A stretch of 44,873 bases of DNA from Nitrospiraceae bacterium (GTDB lineage: Bacteria > Nitrospirota > Nitrospiria > Nitrospirales > Nitrospiraceae): NCBI GenBank assembly GCA_035632975.1, contig DASQFV010000099.1, positions 1-44,873 on the forward strand. Reading direction: 5' to 3'. The translations under genes were made by a program, and so were the position numbers. Shown here piece after piece: positions 8,199 through 19,000 of the stretch; position 1 is the stretch's first letter; each line of letters begins with the position of its first letter. Below the pieces are notes generated by a model, which was given only the letters and a program-made list of their open reading frames with translations, searched no databases and was not told the DNA's origin.

Positions 8199-9812
8199 AT
8201 GTCCGATCCTACTGTGGTATCCCCAGTTCCAACCAATGCGCAGGATGAGACTCGCTCGGTGGTCAAAGCGGCCGGCTTGATCGGCGTGGCCACCTTCTCC
8301 AGCCGCATTCTCGGGTTCATCCGCGACATGGTGCTGGCGAGGATTTTTGGCGCGACGCCTGCGGCAGATGCCTTCTTCGTCGCCTATCGTGTCCCCAACT
8401 TGCTTCGTGAGTTATTTGCGGAAGGATCGATGTCTTCCGCCTTCATTCCGGTCTTCACGGAATATCAGACGCTTAAGTCGAAACGAGACGCCTGGGAACT
8501 GGCGAGCGCCGTCTTCACCACGCTGCTCACAATCGTGACCGGTATCACGATCCTGGGTATTATCGCCGCGTCTGGAATCGTCTGGCTCCTGGCGCCAGGG
8601 TTTCATGACGATCCAGCGAAGCTGGGCATGACGACGCTGCTCACGCAGATCATGTTCCCATATCTGGTCTTTATCAGCCTGGCCGCGCTGGCGATGGGCA
8701 TCCTGAATTCCATGCGCGCCTTCGCGGCGCCGGCGTTCTCGCCGGTGTTCTTTAATGTGTTTATCATCGGCTGCGCGCTCTTTTTATCGCCAATGATGCC
8801 GGAGCCGATCCTCGGCGTGGCCATCGGGGTTGTAGCGGGAGGCGCGGCGCAGTTCGCCATGCAGTTGCCAGGCCTGAGTCTGCGCGGCATGTTGTTCGGA
8901 TTCCGGTTCAAGCCCAGCCATCCCGGCGTGCGGCGGATCGGCGCACTGATGGTGCCGTCGCTCCTTGGTCTATCCGTGACGCAGATCAACATTACCGTAA
9001 GCACGATCCTCGCCTCTTTCTTTGCGGGCGGGCCGACCTATCTTTTCTACGGCATGAGGTTGATTCAGTTTCCGCTCGGCATTTTTGGCGTGGCGTTGGC
9101 CACGGCCATTTTACCGACACTCTCGGCGCAGGCCGCACGCGGGGCGCTGGATGAATTGCGGACGACGTTGGGATTCGGCCTTCGCATGATCCTCTTTATC
9201 ATCCTACCGGCGATGCTGGGGCTGATGCTCCTGCGTCAGCCAATTGTCCACCTGTTCTTTGAGCACGGAACCTTTACGGCGCACGATACGGCCGAGACCG
9301 CACTGGCGGTGCTCTGTTATTCCGTCGGCCTCTGGGCCTTCGGAGGTGTCCGCATCATAGTCTCGGCCTTCTATTCGCTGCAAGACACGCGAACGCCGGC
9401 CATCTCTGCGGCAATCGCCGTCGCAGCCAATCTCGTCTTCTCTTTCCTGCTGATGTCGTCTCTCGGTGCGGCCGGCCTGGCCCTGGCCACAGCCCTGGCG
9501 GCGATGGTCAACGGAGGTATCTTGGTCGCGGTGCTGCACCGCCGGTTAGGCGGCGTGGAATGGGGCTCTGTGGGACGATCGTCGTTTCGTGTGCTGCTCG
9601 CATCTGTGCCGTTGGTTGTGGTCTGTGCCTGGGTGGCAGCGGCGCAGGTCTGGACGCATCCCGGGGAGTGGATCGAGAAATCGGTCATGCTCTTCGCGGC
9701 CATCGGATTGAGCGTGAGCGGTTATCTGGGCGTCCACGCCTTGCTGCGGTCAGAAGAACTCGATCTGGTATGGGGAATGGTCAGACGGAAACTGAAGCGA
9801 GGAACGACCTGA
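8199..9812 (+). CDS. murJ: Lipid II flippase MurJ (MviN)
   Basis: AAGLIGVATFSSRILGFIRDMVLARIFGA...DAFFVAYRVPNLLRELFAEGSMSSAFIPVF plus about 14 TM helices. The 8139 start lies inside repeat A2, so the ATG at 8199 is preferred. Confidence 0.92.
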   Translation: MSDPTVVSPVPTNAQDETRSVVKAAGLIGVATFSSRILGFIRDMVLARIFGATPAADAFFVAYRVPNLLRELFAEGSMSSAFIPVFTEYQTLKSKRDAWELASAVFTTLLTIVTGITILGIIAASGIVWLLAPGFHDDPAKLGMTTLLTQIMFPYLVFISLAALAMGILNSMRAFAAPAFSPVFFNVFIIGCALFLSPMMPEPILGVAIGVVAGGAAQFAMQLPGLSLRGMLFGFRFKPSHPGVRRIGALMVPSLLGLSVTQINITVSTILASFFAGGPTYLFYGMRLIQFPLGIFGVALATAILPTLSAQAARGALDELRTTLGFGLRMILFIILPAMLGLMLLRQPIVHLFFEHGTFTAHDTAETALAVLCYSVGLWAFGGVRIIVSAFYSLQDTRTPAISAAIAVAANLVFSFLLMSSLGAAGLALATALAAMVNGGILVAVLHRRLGGVEWGSVGRSSFRVLLASVPLVVVCAWVAAAQVWTHPGEWIEKSVMLFAAIGLSVSGYLGVHALLRSEELDLVWGMVRRKLKRGTT

Positions 9813-9816
9813 GACG

Positions 9817-10389
9817 ATGGGCAAGAGACACCCTTCACCAGAACGCCTCACGCCTGACGCCTCACGCTTCACGGTCTGCGTCTTCCGTACGCCCTGGGGC
9901 TGGATGGGTGTATCCGAAACGACGAAAGGGATCGACGCGGTGGTGTTGCCCAAGGCGTCGCGACAGGCCGTGCTGTCCGAGTTGCAAGCGACCTCAGCCG
10001 CGCGGCTGGACGCCCAGGTCTCTTCACGATTGCGAGAGGCGCGGACACAACTGACCGACTATCTGGCCGGGACGCGCAGGTCCTTCGATCTGTCGCTGGA
10101 CCTCTCTCGAGGGACCAGTTTCCAGCAGAAGGTCTGGCGGACCCTTCGACGTGTCTCATACGGCCAGCTTCAATCCTATCAATGGGTGGCTGTCCGTGTT
10201 GGAGGCAGACAGTATGCCCGTGCCGTCGGCAATGCCGTGGGGGCGAATCCGATGCCGATCGTGATTCCTTGCCATCGAATTGTGGCGCAGGATACGTCGC
10301 TCGGCGGATTCTCAGGCGGCTTGCCTACGAAACGAAAACTGCTCACTCTCGAAGGAACCCTGGCGGAGCTTCGACCGGGACGATCCTAG
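9817..10389 (+). CDS. ogt: Methylated-DNA--protein-cysteine methyltransferase
   Basis: PIVIPCHRIV active-site motif (PCHR) and YGQLQSYQWVA...VGNAVGANP. Confidence 0.9.
   Translation: MGKRHPSPERLTPDASRFTVCVFRTPWGWMGVSETTKGIDAVVLPKASRQAVLSELQATSAARLDAQVSSRLREARTQLTDYLAGTRRSFDLSLDLSRGTSFQQKVWRTLRRVSYGQLQSYQWVAVRVGGRQYARAVGNAVGANPMPIVIPCHRIVAQDTSLGGFSGGLPTKRKLLTLEGTLAELRPGRS
9846..9874 (+). repeat. Tandem heptamer repeat (CCTCACG CCTGACG CCTCACG CTTCACG)
   Basis: Four consecutive 7-nt units, 30 nt into the ogt reading frame. The same motif family occurs at 27871, 30327, 39005 and 40591. Confidence 0.7.
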
Positions 10390-10540
10390 CCCGCATCATT
10401 CATGCAGCTTCTGCTGCAAGCGTGGATACGCGGCTGTGCCGGGCAGTCTCGCCGTGCATCCCTTCGACATACTGTTGGGGACTGGCGCCCTTCTTCCTGG
10501 TGCCTGCCCCCGTCCGAGGAGTGAGACAGGCGCTAGACTA
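10388..10540 (-). repeat. Repeat family A, truncated half copy
   Basis: Matches the first ~150 nt of 7908-8147 in the same orientation, then diverges. It starts within the TAG stop of ogt. Confidence 0.75.
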
Positions 10541-10716
10541 TAACCGAATAGACCAGAGATGAACCAGACAAACCACAAACTAAGAGGACAGCCTTTTTGA
10601 ACAGCCTACGGGTTCTATTAGTTCCGGCAAGAAGTATTATGGGGGCCGATATCGGCACATCGACCATCGTCTGCTATACTAAGTTGACACGTTTTCGGAA
10701 TGTGTGAGAGGTGGAT

Positions 10717-11283
10717 ATGGGAACGCAAGTTCCGCCACGGCATCCGCTCCGTCAGTTGTTCGACGCTTTGACCGAGAGAAGTTTCACGGAACATCTCGGG
10801 TGGCCCGACCTCAACGTCACCAGCTACGTCTCCAACCTGCTCGTCGACTTTACACACACCGACCACCTGTATAAAATCAGAAATCAGCAAGACCAACCGG
10901 TCGATACGGTCGTGGACCTCTTGTTTGAGTCGGAAGTGTTGCTCGAAGCGCAGTCGATGGATCGTGAACGGGACGTGCATCAGCATATCGGCGATTTCAC
11001 GCTCTTCATGGCGGGACTGTTTCCGGAGTATCTGTGCCGCCTCAAGACAGCCGGGTTGATCTACCACAAGGATTTCCTCGTGGACTATATGAAGACGGGA
11101 AAGCGCTCCTACGGGATTGTCGCGCAAATGGCTGACAGTCCGTCACGGGACGAACTTCCTTTGTTCCGAAAACTCTCCGACAACTTCGAGCTCTGCGTCA
11201 CCGGGCTGGGGTTCGTGCGGTCCGATCTGGATCGCATGAAAGATCCGGCGTACCGGCAGGCGCGGGATCTTCTTCTGAATTGA
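10717..11283 (+). CDS. Conserved hypothetical protein
   Basis: The ORF is co-oriented with the next gene, and its stop overlaps that gene's TTG start. GAGAGG lies 6 nt before the ATG at 10717. The opposite-strand ORF 10618-11127 is treated as a shadow. Confidence 0.55.
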   Translation: MGTQVPPRHPLRQLFDALTERSFTEHLGWPDLNVTSYVSNLLVDFTHTDHLYKIRNQQDQPVDTVVDLLFESEVLLEAQSMDRERDVHQHIGDFTLFMAGLFPEYLCRLKTAGLIYHKDFLVDYMKTGKRSYGIVAQMADSPSRDELPLFRKLSDNFELCVTGLGFVRSDLDRMKDPAYRQARDLLLN

Positions 11284-12212
11284 CAATTTCCCGTCCTCTC
11301 ATTGTAGCCCACGGAGGTGCCGGTCTCCGACGATTGACTCCGGCGCAGGCCACCTGTCTGGCCGATGCACTCGTCATCGGCTATTCCATTCTTGAGCAGG
11401 GCCGACCCGCAGTCATCGCCGTCGAATGTACGATCGGTCTCCTGGAGCAATCAGGGCTGTTCAATGCGGGACGAGGAGCGAATTGTCAGCTGGATGGGGT
11501 GCAACGGATGGATGCCGCGATCATGGAAGGGGCGCACCTCGAAGCTGGAGCCGTTGCCTCGATCGAAGGAATCGTGCATCCGATTACGGCGGCCAGATTG
11601 GTCATGGAAGACACGAGTCATGTCTTGCTCGTGGGACCTCCGGCCACGCGGTTTGCTCAGCACGGCCAACTTGAACAGCTACCGAAAGCGCGATCGCCTC
11701 GCCGGATTTCCGGTCGATCTACTCGTGCTTCAACGGTCGCAGCGCAGACGATTCATCTCTATCGAACGATGCTGAAATCTAAGCGGACACAGAAGGACTG
11801 GTCCGGGACCGTCGGCGCTGTCGCCTTGGATCGGTCCGGGACCGTGGCGGCAGGGGCCTCTACCGGAGGCATCGATTCGATGTTGCCAGGGCGAGTTGGC
11901 GACAGCCCGCTCATCGGCTGTGGTGTCTACGCGGACAATCAGAGTGGTGCTGTGTCGATGACGGGAATCGGCGAAGGCATCGTCCGCCTTGTAATCGCCA
12001 AGAGCATCTGCGATCGTCTAGGTACGGGGAAGAGTCCTGCGGTCGCCGCTCGAGAGGTGTTGCGTTTGCTCGTGTCTCGGGTCCGTGGGTCGGCTGGGGC
12101 CTTAGTCCTCTCGCCGGACGGGCGATTTGCCATCAGGCATGTGACACCTCATATGGCTGCCGGTTGGTGGAACGGGACCGGCCAGCCGACCGTTCGAGGA
12201 CAATTTCCATGA
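11280..12212 (+). CDS. iaaA: Isoaspartyl peptidase / L-asparaginase (Ntn hydrolase family)
   Basis: HGGAG near the N-terminus, NAGRGA, and the autoprocessing site GTVGAVALD. The start codon is TTG. Confidence 0.85.
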   Translation: MTISRPLIVAHGGAGLRRLTPAQATCLADALVIGYSILEQGRPAVIAVECTIGLLEQSGLFNAGRGANCQLDGVQRMDAAIMEGAHLEAGAVASIEGIVHPITAARLVMEDTSHVLLVGPPATRFAQHGQLEQLPKARSPRRISGRSTRASTVAAQTIHLYRTMLKSKRTQKDWSGTVGAVALDRSGTVAAGASTGGIDSMLPGRVGDSPLIGCGVYADNQSGAVSMTGIGEGIVRLVIAKSICDRLGTGKSPAVAAREVLRLLVSRVRGSAGALVLSPDGRFAIRHVTPHMAAGWWNGTGQPTVRGQFP

Positions 12213-12658
12213 AGGACACGCTCTTTCACCTGGCTTTTCCCACGCAGGATGTGGCGGCGGCGAAACGTTTCTATGTCGATGGACTTGGTTGTACGTTGGG
12301 TCGGGAGTCGAGCCACGCCGTCACGTTCGGACTCGCAGGGCATCAACTCGTGGCGCATCTGACGACGGAACCCCTGCCACCGCAACAAGGCATTTATCCC
12401 CACCATTTCGGGTTGGTATTCTTGTCGAAAGACTCGTGGCAACAGTTCTTGGAGCAAGCCCAGGCGAAAAGATTGCCCTTCTATCAACAGCCCCGCATCC
12501 GGTTTCCAGGCACCCGCATCGAGCATCACACGTTCTTTCTCGAAGATCCCTCCGGGAACCTGCTCGAATTCAAACACTACACGCATGAATCTGCGATCTT
12601 CGGCGAACGAGAGTGTCGTGAGGTCGGCGATTCCTCTGAGTATCCTGCTGGGTCGTAG
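12209..12658 (+). CDS. VOC/glyoxalase-bleomycin resistance-dioxygenase family protein
   Basis: FHLAFPTQDVAAAKRFYVDGLGC...HHFGLVF...FFLEDPSGNLLEFK. The ATG at 12209 overlaps the upstream TGA (ATGA). Confidence 0.75.
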   Translation: MKDTLFHLAFPTQDVAAAKRFYVDGLGCTLGRESSHAVTFGLAGHQLVAHLTTEPLPPQQGIYPHHFGLVFLSKDSWQQFLEQAQAKRLPFYQQPRIRFPGTRIEHHTFFLEDPSGNLLEFKHYTHESAIFGERECREVGDSSEYPAGS

Positions 12659-12680
12659 GCTGGTGGCACTCCCAATGTTG

Positions 12681-13409
12681 TTAGGGTGCCGGCTGGGTGG
12701 GTTCCTGATCGATCCGGTTGAGAATACGGTCGTGGCGGCGAGATAGGAACGTCGTTTTTCGCATTGGATCGTATCGACGCGGAGACGGCAACATGGCCAC
12801 CAGCCATGCCGCCTCGTCGGCCGTTAGATGGCGTGAGGACTTGTTGAAGTGATGAAGAGCCGCAGCCTCGGCGCCATAGATACCCTGCCCCCACTCGGCG
12901 ACGTTGAGATAGAGCTCGAGAATTCGTTCCTTCGTAAGATGCTGTTCGAGGGAGCGTGTAATCAGGGCTTCCCGCACCTTTCGAAGCAGGGACCGTTCGG
13001 ATGACAGGTAGAGATTTTTGGCCAGCTGTTGAGTAATGGTGCTTCCACCACGTTTGAATTCTCCCGCTTCGAGATTGTAGAGAGCCGCGTCTTTGATCCC
13101 TTCCCAGTCGAATCCTTCGTGTGTGAAAAACGACGCATCTTCCCCCGCCACAACCGCCTGGTGGAGGTAGGGGGAGATACGTGAGAGCGGCACCCACATC
13201 CAATGGCGTCCGATGGTGTGGCCTTGTGCCTCAGCCTGAGCCTGTCGCGCTTCCATCAGGGCCGTCACGGTTGGATTGGTCGCGCGTAAGACCGAGACGT
13301 CGGGCATTGCAAGCAACCATAGGAAGAGGACCGCCCCGACCGGGAGGCAGAGGCCGATGATTAGGAAGGCCTTCACGCGGGATCGGGATTGGTCGGTTGA
13401 CTTCCGCAT
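12681..13409 (-). CDS. mtgA: Monofunctional biosynthetic peptidoglycan transglycosylase
   Basis: GT51 motifs GEDASFFTHEGFDWEGI and RGGSTITQQLAKNLYLS. The ATG at 13409 precedes a TM anchor. The 13502 start would collide with the divergent engB start. Confidence 0.88.
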   Translation of the reverse strand: MRKSTDQSRSRVKAFLIIGLCLPVGAVLFLWLLAMPDVSVLRATNPTVTALMEARQAQAEAQGHTIGRHWMWVPLSRISPYLHQAVVAGEDASFFTHEGFDWEGIKDAALYNLEAGEFKRGGSTITQQLAKNLYLSSERSLLRKVREALITRSLEQHLTKERILELYLNVAEWGQGIYGAEAAALHHFNKSSRHLTADEAAWLVAMLPSPRRYDPMRKTTFLSRRHDRILNRIDQEPTQPAP

Positions 13410-13501
13410 AGTCTGATGGGTATGAAAGGTACGAGGCGAGAGGCTAGGGGCAAGGGGGCTGATAAGGGCCTTGCATTCGGCTCTTGCCCATAGGGTAACC
13501 A

Positions 13502-14104
13502 TTGAAAATCCTGAGTGCAGAGTTTATCAGAAGTTGTGCGGGGCCAGAACAGTTTCTGAAAAGCGAACTCCCGGAACTCGCCTTCATCGGGCGGTCGAAC
13601 GTCGGAAAGTCCTCTCTCATCAACTCCCTCTTGCAGCGCAAGGGGCTGGCCAAGGTGAGCCGCACGCCGGGAAAGACCCGCTTGGTCAACCTCTTTCGGA
13701 TCACCAGCGACGATCCTGGGTTGGCGCGCTTCGTGGTGGTGGATTTGCCCGGGTATGGATATGCGAAGGTGTCGAAAGCGCTGCGGGCTCAGTGGGCCCC
13801 ATTGATCGAGCAGTATCTCGACGGCAGTGAACAGCTGCGCGCAGTGGTGGTGTTGGTGGAAAGCCGGGTGCTGAGCGAACAGGACAGGGAGACGATCGCA
13901 TGGCTTCTGTCCGTCGGACGACCTCCCATCGTGGTGGCGACGAAAGTGGACAAGTTAAAAATGAGCGAGCGCGTCGGTGCGCTTCGTCGGCTGCAGGAAG
14001 GGTTGGAATTGGTCGAGGGCGACGAAGTTATTCCTTACTCGTCGGTAACGGGCGAGGGGCGGGAGCGGTTGTGGGCAGCCCTGAAAGCGCGGATTCGAAC
14101 TTGA
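13502..14104 (+). CDS. engB: Ribosome biogenesis GTPase YsxC/EngB
   Basis: P-loop GRSNVGKSSLINSL, DLPGYGYA and TKVDK. The start codon is TTG. Confidence 0.9.
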   Translation: MKILSAEFIRSCAGPEQFLKSELPELAFIGRSNVGKSSLINSLLQRKGLAKVSRTPGKTRLVNLFRITSDDPGLARFVVVDLPGYGYAKVSKALRAQWAPLIEQYLDGSEQLRAVVVLVESRVLSEQDRETIAWLLSVGRPPIVVATKVDKLKMSERVGALRRLQEGLELVEGDEVIPYSSVTGEGRERLWAALKARIRT

Positions 14105-15056
14105 TTTCGATGTAGGCCTTGTTCTTGAGGTCCGCCAACCACGATTGGAAGACATCTTCGCTTTTCTGCTGAAAGACGAGTCCCTGGATTTCAGTGCGGA
14201 CTTGCTCATACGGGCGGAACTGTTTGGGTTTCTTGTCCTCCAGGCGCACGATGTGAAAGCCTTCCGAGGTCTCGATCAGATCCGAGATGCCGCCGGGCAC
14301 CAAGCTTGCGATGGTGCGCTCTATCTCAGGCAAAAGCTCTCCCTGCCGCACCAAGCCCAGGCGCCCTCCGTGCGAGGCGCTCGGGCCGTCTGAAAAGCGC
14401 AGCGCCAAATCCTCGAAGGACTCCCCCTGCTTGAGCTGCGCCATCACCTCACGAACTTTTCCCCTCGCGTCGGCCGTATCGTCCGGTGAGCGGGGCTGAA
14501 TGAAAATCTCGCTGAGCGTGTATTCCTCCGAGAGCGCAAACCGATCGCGGTGTTCCTGGAAGTACCGTTTCATGTCGGAGTCCGCGACCATCACCCCACT
14601 CCGCACCTCGCGATCGACGATCCTGAGCAGCGTCAGCTGTTCTCGGACGTTTTTCATGTCTGCCGGGTTCGTCTCGTCGATCGTTCGCCCCTGTTGCTTC
14701 ACCTGCTGAACCGCTTGCCGGACTTCCTGATCGGTGACCGCGATGCCTCGTACCTTGGCTTCCTGGAGTTGCAACTTGCGCTCAATCATCGAGGTCAGCG
14801 CCATGTACTCCGCCGTCTTGAGCCGACGCGCGAGGACGTCGCCGCGATACTCTTTCTGAATCCGCTCCCGCTCCGGGGCGAGTTCCCGTTTCATCTCGGA
14901 CAGCATGATGAGGTCTGAGTTGACGATCGCGATAATCCCATCTTCCACCTGCGCGGCTGAAAGAAGGGACGCTTGTGCGATCAGCCCGACCGCGAAGAGG
15001 ACCGCGTGCCTCAACCAGGCTGGTACCATGGTGATGAAAGGATGGATCGTGATCAT
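14028..15056 (-). CDS. SurA-like periplasmic chaperone / PpiC-type peptidyl-prolyl isomerase
   Basis: Signal peptide, SurA_N-like IIAIVNSDLIMLSEMKRE, and a parvulin domain GGRLGLVRQGELLPEIE...GFHIVRLE. The start is uncertain (15056 or 15029). The 3' end overlaps engB by 77 nt. Confidence 0.8.
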   Translation of the reverse strand: MITIHPFITMVPAWLRHAVLFAVGLIAQASLLSAAQVEDGIIAIVNSDLIMLSEMKRELAPERERIQKEYRGDVLARRLKTAEYMALTSMIERKLQLQEAKVRGIAVTDQEVRQAVQQVKQQGRTIDETNPADMKNVREQLTLLRIVDREVRSGVMVADSDMKRYFQEHRDRFALSEEYTLSEIFIQPRSPDDTADARGKVREVMAQLKQGESFEDLALRFSDGPSASHGGRLGLVRQGELLPEIERTIASLVPGGISDLIETSEGFHIVRLEDKKPKQFRPYEQVRTEIQGLVFQQKSEDVFQSWLADLKNKAYIEIKFESALSGLPTTAPAPRPLPTSKE

Positions 15057-15177
15057 GGATATGGGACTCGCCACGCGCCTGTGGGATCGGCCGGTCGGCG
15101 AGGGTTCGATGGATTGTACACGAATTGCGAGCGACTTGAAGGGGGTCTGAGTCGGAGCAATTTCGATCCGTGACGAT

Positions 15178-16077
15178 TCAGCGTGTGCCGATGTCGTCGG
15201 CGACATAGCGGGAGGCGTCGGCGAGCCGGATGATCGCCTTCGCCCGGATGTCGGCGATCACCCCGTCAAAACGTTTTCGGCGCTTCTCGTTGAGCAGTTC
15301 CTGCCGGAGGCGTTCCCGAACGGCCACGTCCGCCTGAATAATTTCCTTGTCGAGCGCCGAAATCATAACGAGGTAATAGCCGCCGTCCGTCTTGATCGGC
15401 GCACTGATCATTCCGGGCTTGAGGGTATGAATGACTGCGTCGACTTCGGGGATGACCAACCCCTTGCGATAGGGGCCGAGATGGCCTCCTTTCGCTTTTG
15501 TTTTGAAGTCGACGGAATAGCGCTGCGCAAACTTGGCGAAGTCCCCCCCTTGGTTCACCTGCTTTTCAAGATCCTTCGCGGCCGGAAAATTGGGCAGCAG
15601 CATCTGCGACACATTCACTTTCAATGGTGTTAAGAGTTCGTTGGCATGCTCCTCGTAAAAGGCGTCCAATTCCTCCTTCGAGAGTTCAACCTTGGCTTTG
15701 ATCCGATCCTTAAGGAGCTCGTCGAGGATCAGTTGTTCCCGGTAGCGTTGCACTCGATCGCGGATGGCATCGTTCTGGTCGAGTCCTAGCTTGCGCGCTT
15801 CCTGCATGAGCAGTTCTCGGGTGATGAGTTCGTCGAGGAAGAGGCGCTTTCCCCCTTCTTTCTGGTACCGCGCCCTGGTGGCCTCGGCCAGTTCTCCCCA
15901 ACGGGTTTCGAATTCGGTCTGCGTGATCTGTCGGCCATTGACAAGGGCCAGCACGCCATCCTCGGGCGGTGGCGCACAGCCGGTGAGTAATAGGAAGGTG
16001 CCACCGATGGCGCCGGCGAGCAGAGTGACGAGGCGGATAGCGACGACGTTCACGGATCCATTCGATGCTCGAGTCAT
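15178..16077 (-). CDS. PpiC/parvulin-type peptidyl-prolyl isomerase lipoprotein (PrsA/SurA-like)
   Basis: Lipobox LLLTGC, LALVNGRQITQTEFE, and parvulin core GGHLGPYRKGLVIPEVD...GGYYLVMI. Confidence 0.8.
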   Translation of the reverse strand: MTRASNGSVNVVAIRLVTLLAGAIGGTFLLLTGCAPPPEDGVLALVNGRQITQTEFETRWGELAEATRARYQKEGGKRLFLDELITRELLMQEARKLGLDQNDAIRDRVQRYREQLILDELLKDRIKAKVELSKEELDAFYEEHANELLTPLKVNVSQMLLPNFPAAKDLEKQVNQGGDFAKFAQRYSVDFKTKAKGGHLGPYRKGLVIPEVDAVIHTLKPGMISAPIKTDGGYYLVMISALDKEIIQADVAVRERLRQELLNEKRRKRFDGVIADIRAKAIIRLADASRYVADDIGTR

Positions 16078-16094
16078 AGGCGCGTGAGACCTTG

Positions 16095-19000
16095 TTAGCG
16101 AGATGATTGCGGGGACCTCGTGGTGTTGGTATCACAGCCTCCCAGGCTTTGCAAGGTTGCGGTGAGTTCTCGAAACGTGGAAGGCCAGTCCTGATGCGGC
16201 ATCTGGAGCTCGAACGAGAGCGGAGACAGGAAGCACACTCGCTTCTTGTACCGGTCCATCATCCGGTGAATCGCTTGGCTTGAGACCCGGCTCTTGGCGT
16301 CGAGCGTGACGACGACGGAGTGGGTCTTGAGTTCGATCGTGCTCAGGCGCAAGGCCTTGGCCTGGAGCCGCACCTGCATGACTTCGAACAGTCGCTCGAC
16401 GGAGTCCGGGGCCAACCCATACCGATCCTGTATTTCGCCATGGAGTAAGGCGAGATCTCCGACTTGACTACAGGACGAGAGTCGCTTGTAGCACGAGAGG
16501 CGCTGGTGGGGATCGGCGACGTAGTCATCCGGAATAAAGGCGGAGACGTTAAGCCGGAGGGTGGGGTCCGGCTCTTCTTCCACCACCTGGCCCTTGAGGC
16601 GCTGGACAGCCTGCTCCACCATCTGCATGTACAGATCGAGTCCGATGGCAGCGATATGTCCAGATTGTTGTTTCCCGAGAAGGTTGCCGGCGCCACGGAT
16701 TTCCATATCCGCCGCGGCGATGCGGAAGCCGGCGCCCAGTTCGGTAAATTGTTGAATGGCGGTGAGGCGCTTCTGGGCGTCTTCGCTTAACTGTCCCTCA
16801 TCGGGAACCAGGAAGTAGGCGTAGGCTTGGTCGCCGCTTCGTCCCACTCGCCCGCGCAATTGGTACAGCTGCGCGAGGCCGAACATGTCAGCACGATTGA
16901 CGAAGATCGTGTTGGCATGGGGCACGTCGATGCCCGATTGGATAATGGCCGAGGCGATCAACACATCCGCTTCTCGGCGAAAGAACTTCAACATCACGGC
17001 TTCGAGTGGTTTGGCGTTCATCTGCCCATGGGCCATCACGATGCGCGCGTGGGGCACCAGTTGTTGGAGCCACGCTCCGGTCTTCTCCATCGTTTCGACT
17101 CGGTTATGGATGAAGTAGACCTGCCCGCCCCGCCCCAGTTCGCGCAACATCGCCTCCCGGATAAGCGTGTCACTCGATCGGACGACCTGCGTGCGAATGG
17201 ACAAGCGGCCCGCCGGAGGGGTCTCGATGATCGAGAGATCACGCACGCTCGCCATGGCCATCTGCAAGGTGCGAGGAATCGGGGTGGCCGTAAGTGTCAA
17301 GACGTCGACTTGAGTCCGGAGTTGCTTCAATCGCTCCTTGTGTTTGACACCGAACCACTGTTCTTCGTCAATGACCACCAGGCCCAGATTGCGGAACACC
17401 ACATCCTTCTGGAGGAGCCGGTGCGTTCCGATCACCACGTCAATCTTTCCGGCTGCCACGTCTTTGAGAATGACTTTGGCCTCCTTCGGTGATTGGAATC
17501 GGGAGAGCAAGGACACGCGAGCCGGAAACGGGGCGAACCGGTCTGAGAAGTTGTCGTAATGTTGGTGAGCCAACAGGGTTGTGGGGACGAGTACCGCCAC
17601 CTGGCGATTGTCTTCTACGGCCTTGAAGGCTGCTCGCATGGCCACTTCCGTTTTTCCGTACCCGACATCGCCGCACACCAATCGGTCCATGGGTTTCCTG
17701 GATTCCATGTCATGCGTAATATCTTCGATCGCTTTGAGTTGATCCGCCGTTTCTTCATACTCAAACGCAGCCTCGAACTCGTGGTACATCGTGCTGTCGA
17801 ATCCATAGGCATGGCGTGTCACAAGTTCACGGTTGGCATAGAGGTCAACCAACTCGTGGGCCATCTCTTCGATGTCTTGCTTCACACGCGCGGTCGTTTT
17901 GGCCCAATTGGTGCCGCCCAAACGTTCAAGGCGCGGCGCATGACCCTCCGCTCCGCTATACCGCTGCACATGGTTGAGCCGCTCCAGCGGGACGTACAGC
18001 GTGTCGCCTCCGGCGAATTCCAGGATCAAATAGTCGCTGTCGAAGTCTTGTACCGAGAGGCGTTTGAGGCCTTGATATTTAGCGATGCCATGTTGAACAT
18101 GGACGACATAGTCGCCCACGTTGAGATCTTCCAACGAGGAGAGGAAGGTCGCGGCTTTACTCTTGGCTTGCGGCTTGTGGCGCGCGCCTTTGGCAAACAG
18201 TTCTTCTTCCGTCAGAACGACCAAGCGCAAGTCCGGTGCGAGGAGTCCCGCAGATAAATCGCCGCGCAAGACGTAAAACGGCGCTTTGGTTTTACTGGAA
18301 GCGGTCCAGGCCCCCACTGTCCATTCCGTCGCCGGCACATCGTGTTCGCGTAAGAGCGCCAGCAAGCGATCCACTTGGCCGCGACTTCTTGCGACGAGCA
18401 CCACGCGGCACTCTTCTCGCAAGCGATCCATGATCGCCAGGGTCTGGCTGAAGGGCATCCCACGAGCCCCGAGACCGGCGCTGGCCGGGATCTGAGCGGG
18501 AAAGGTCTGGACCGGATTCCAGGAAGCATCGCTCGCGGTGAGCGGTTCGAGGGCGAGCATGGGCCAGCCGTTCGTGCGATCCATGAGTTCCGGCCAGGAG
18601 AGAAACAATCGCTCCGGTGACGGGTAGGGGGCGCCGGTCTCCCGATCGGCGTGGCGGAGATAGCCGTCGTCGATCTTGCTCCAAAGGTCCACGCAGGCTC
18701 CTGTCAACGCAGCCGGCTGATCCAGGACCAATACAGGCTGTTCAGTGAAATAATCGAAGAGGGTCTCCATGTTGGGATAGAGGTCCGGCGCACGCCATTC
18801 GGCATCCGCCGGAATGGGAGCGAGGGCATCCGGCGAAGTCTCTGCACGGAGATATTCCCGCGCGGGAAGGACGACCGCTCGATCAAGCTTCGCGGTGGAT
18901 TTCTGCGTGGCTGGATCGAACAGGCGGAGCGAGTCGACGGTTTCGCCAAGAAACTCGACACGGAGCGGGTCGGCATAGGCCGTCGAGAAAATATCCACAA

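Noticed and set aside
10618-11127. 169-aa minus-strand ORF overlapping the hypothetical gene 10717-11283
   Set aside because: The plus-strand frame is favoured because it has a Shine-Dalgarno sequence and is stop/start-coupled to the following asparaginase-like gene. Neither frame has a known domain, so this is a judgement call.
17559-18257. 232-aa plus-strand ORF and other 60-220-aa ORFs within 16095-19568
   Set aside because: All are antisense or off-frame to mfd, whose helicase motifs are unambiguous.
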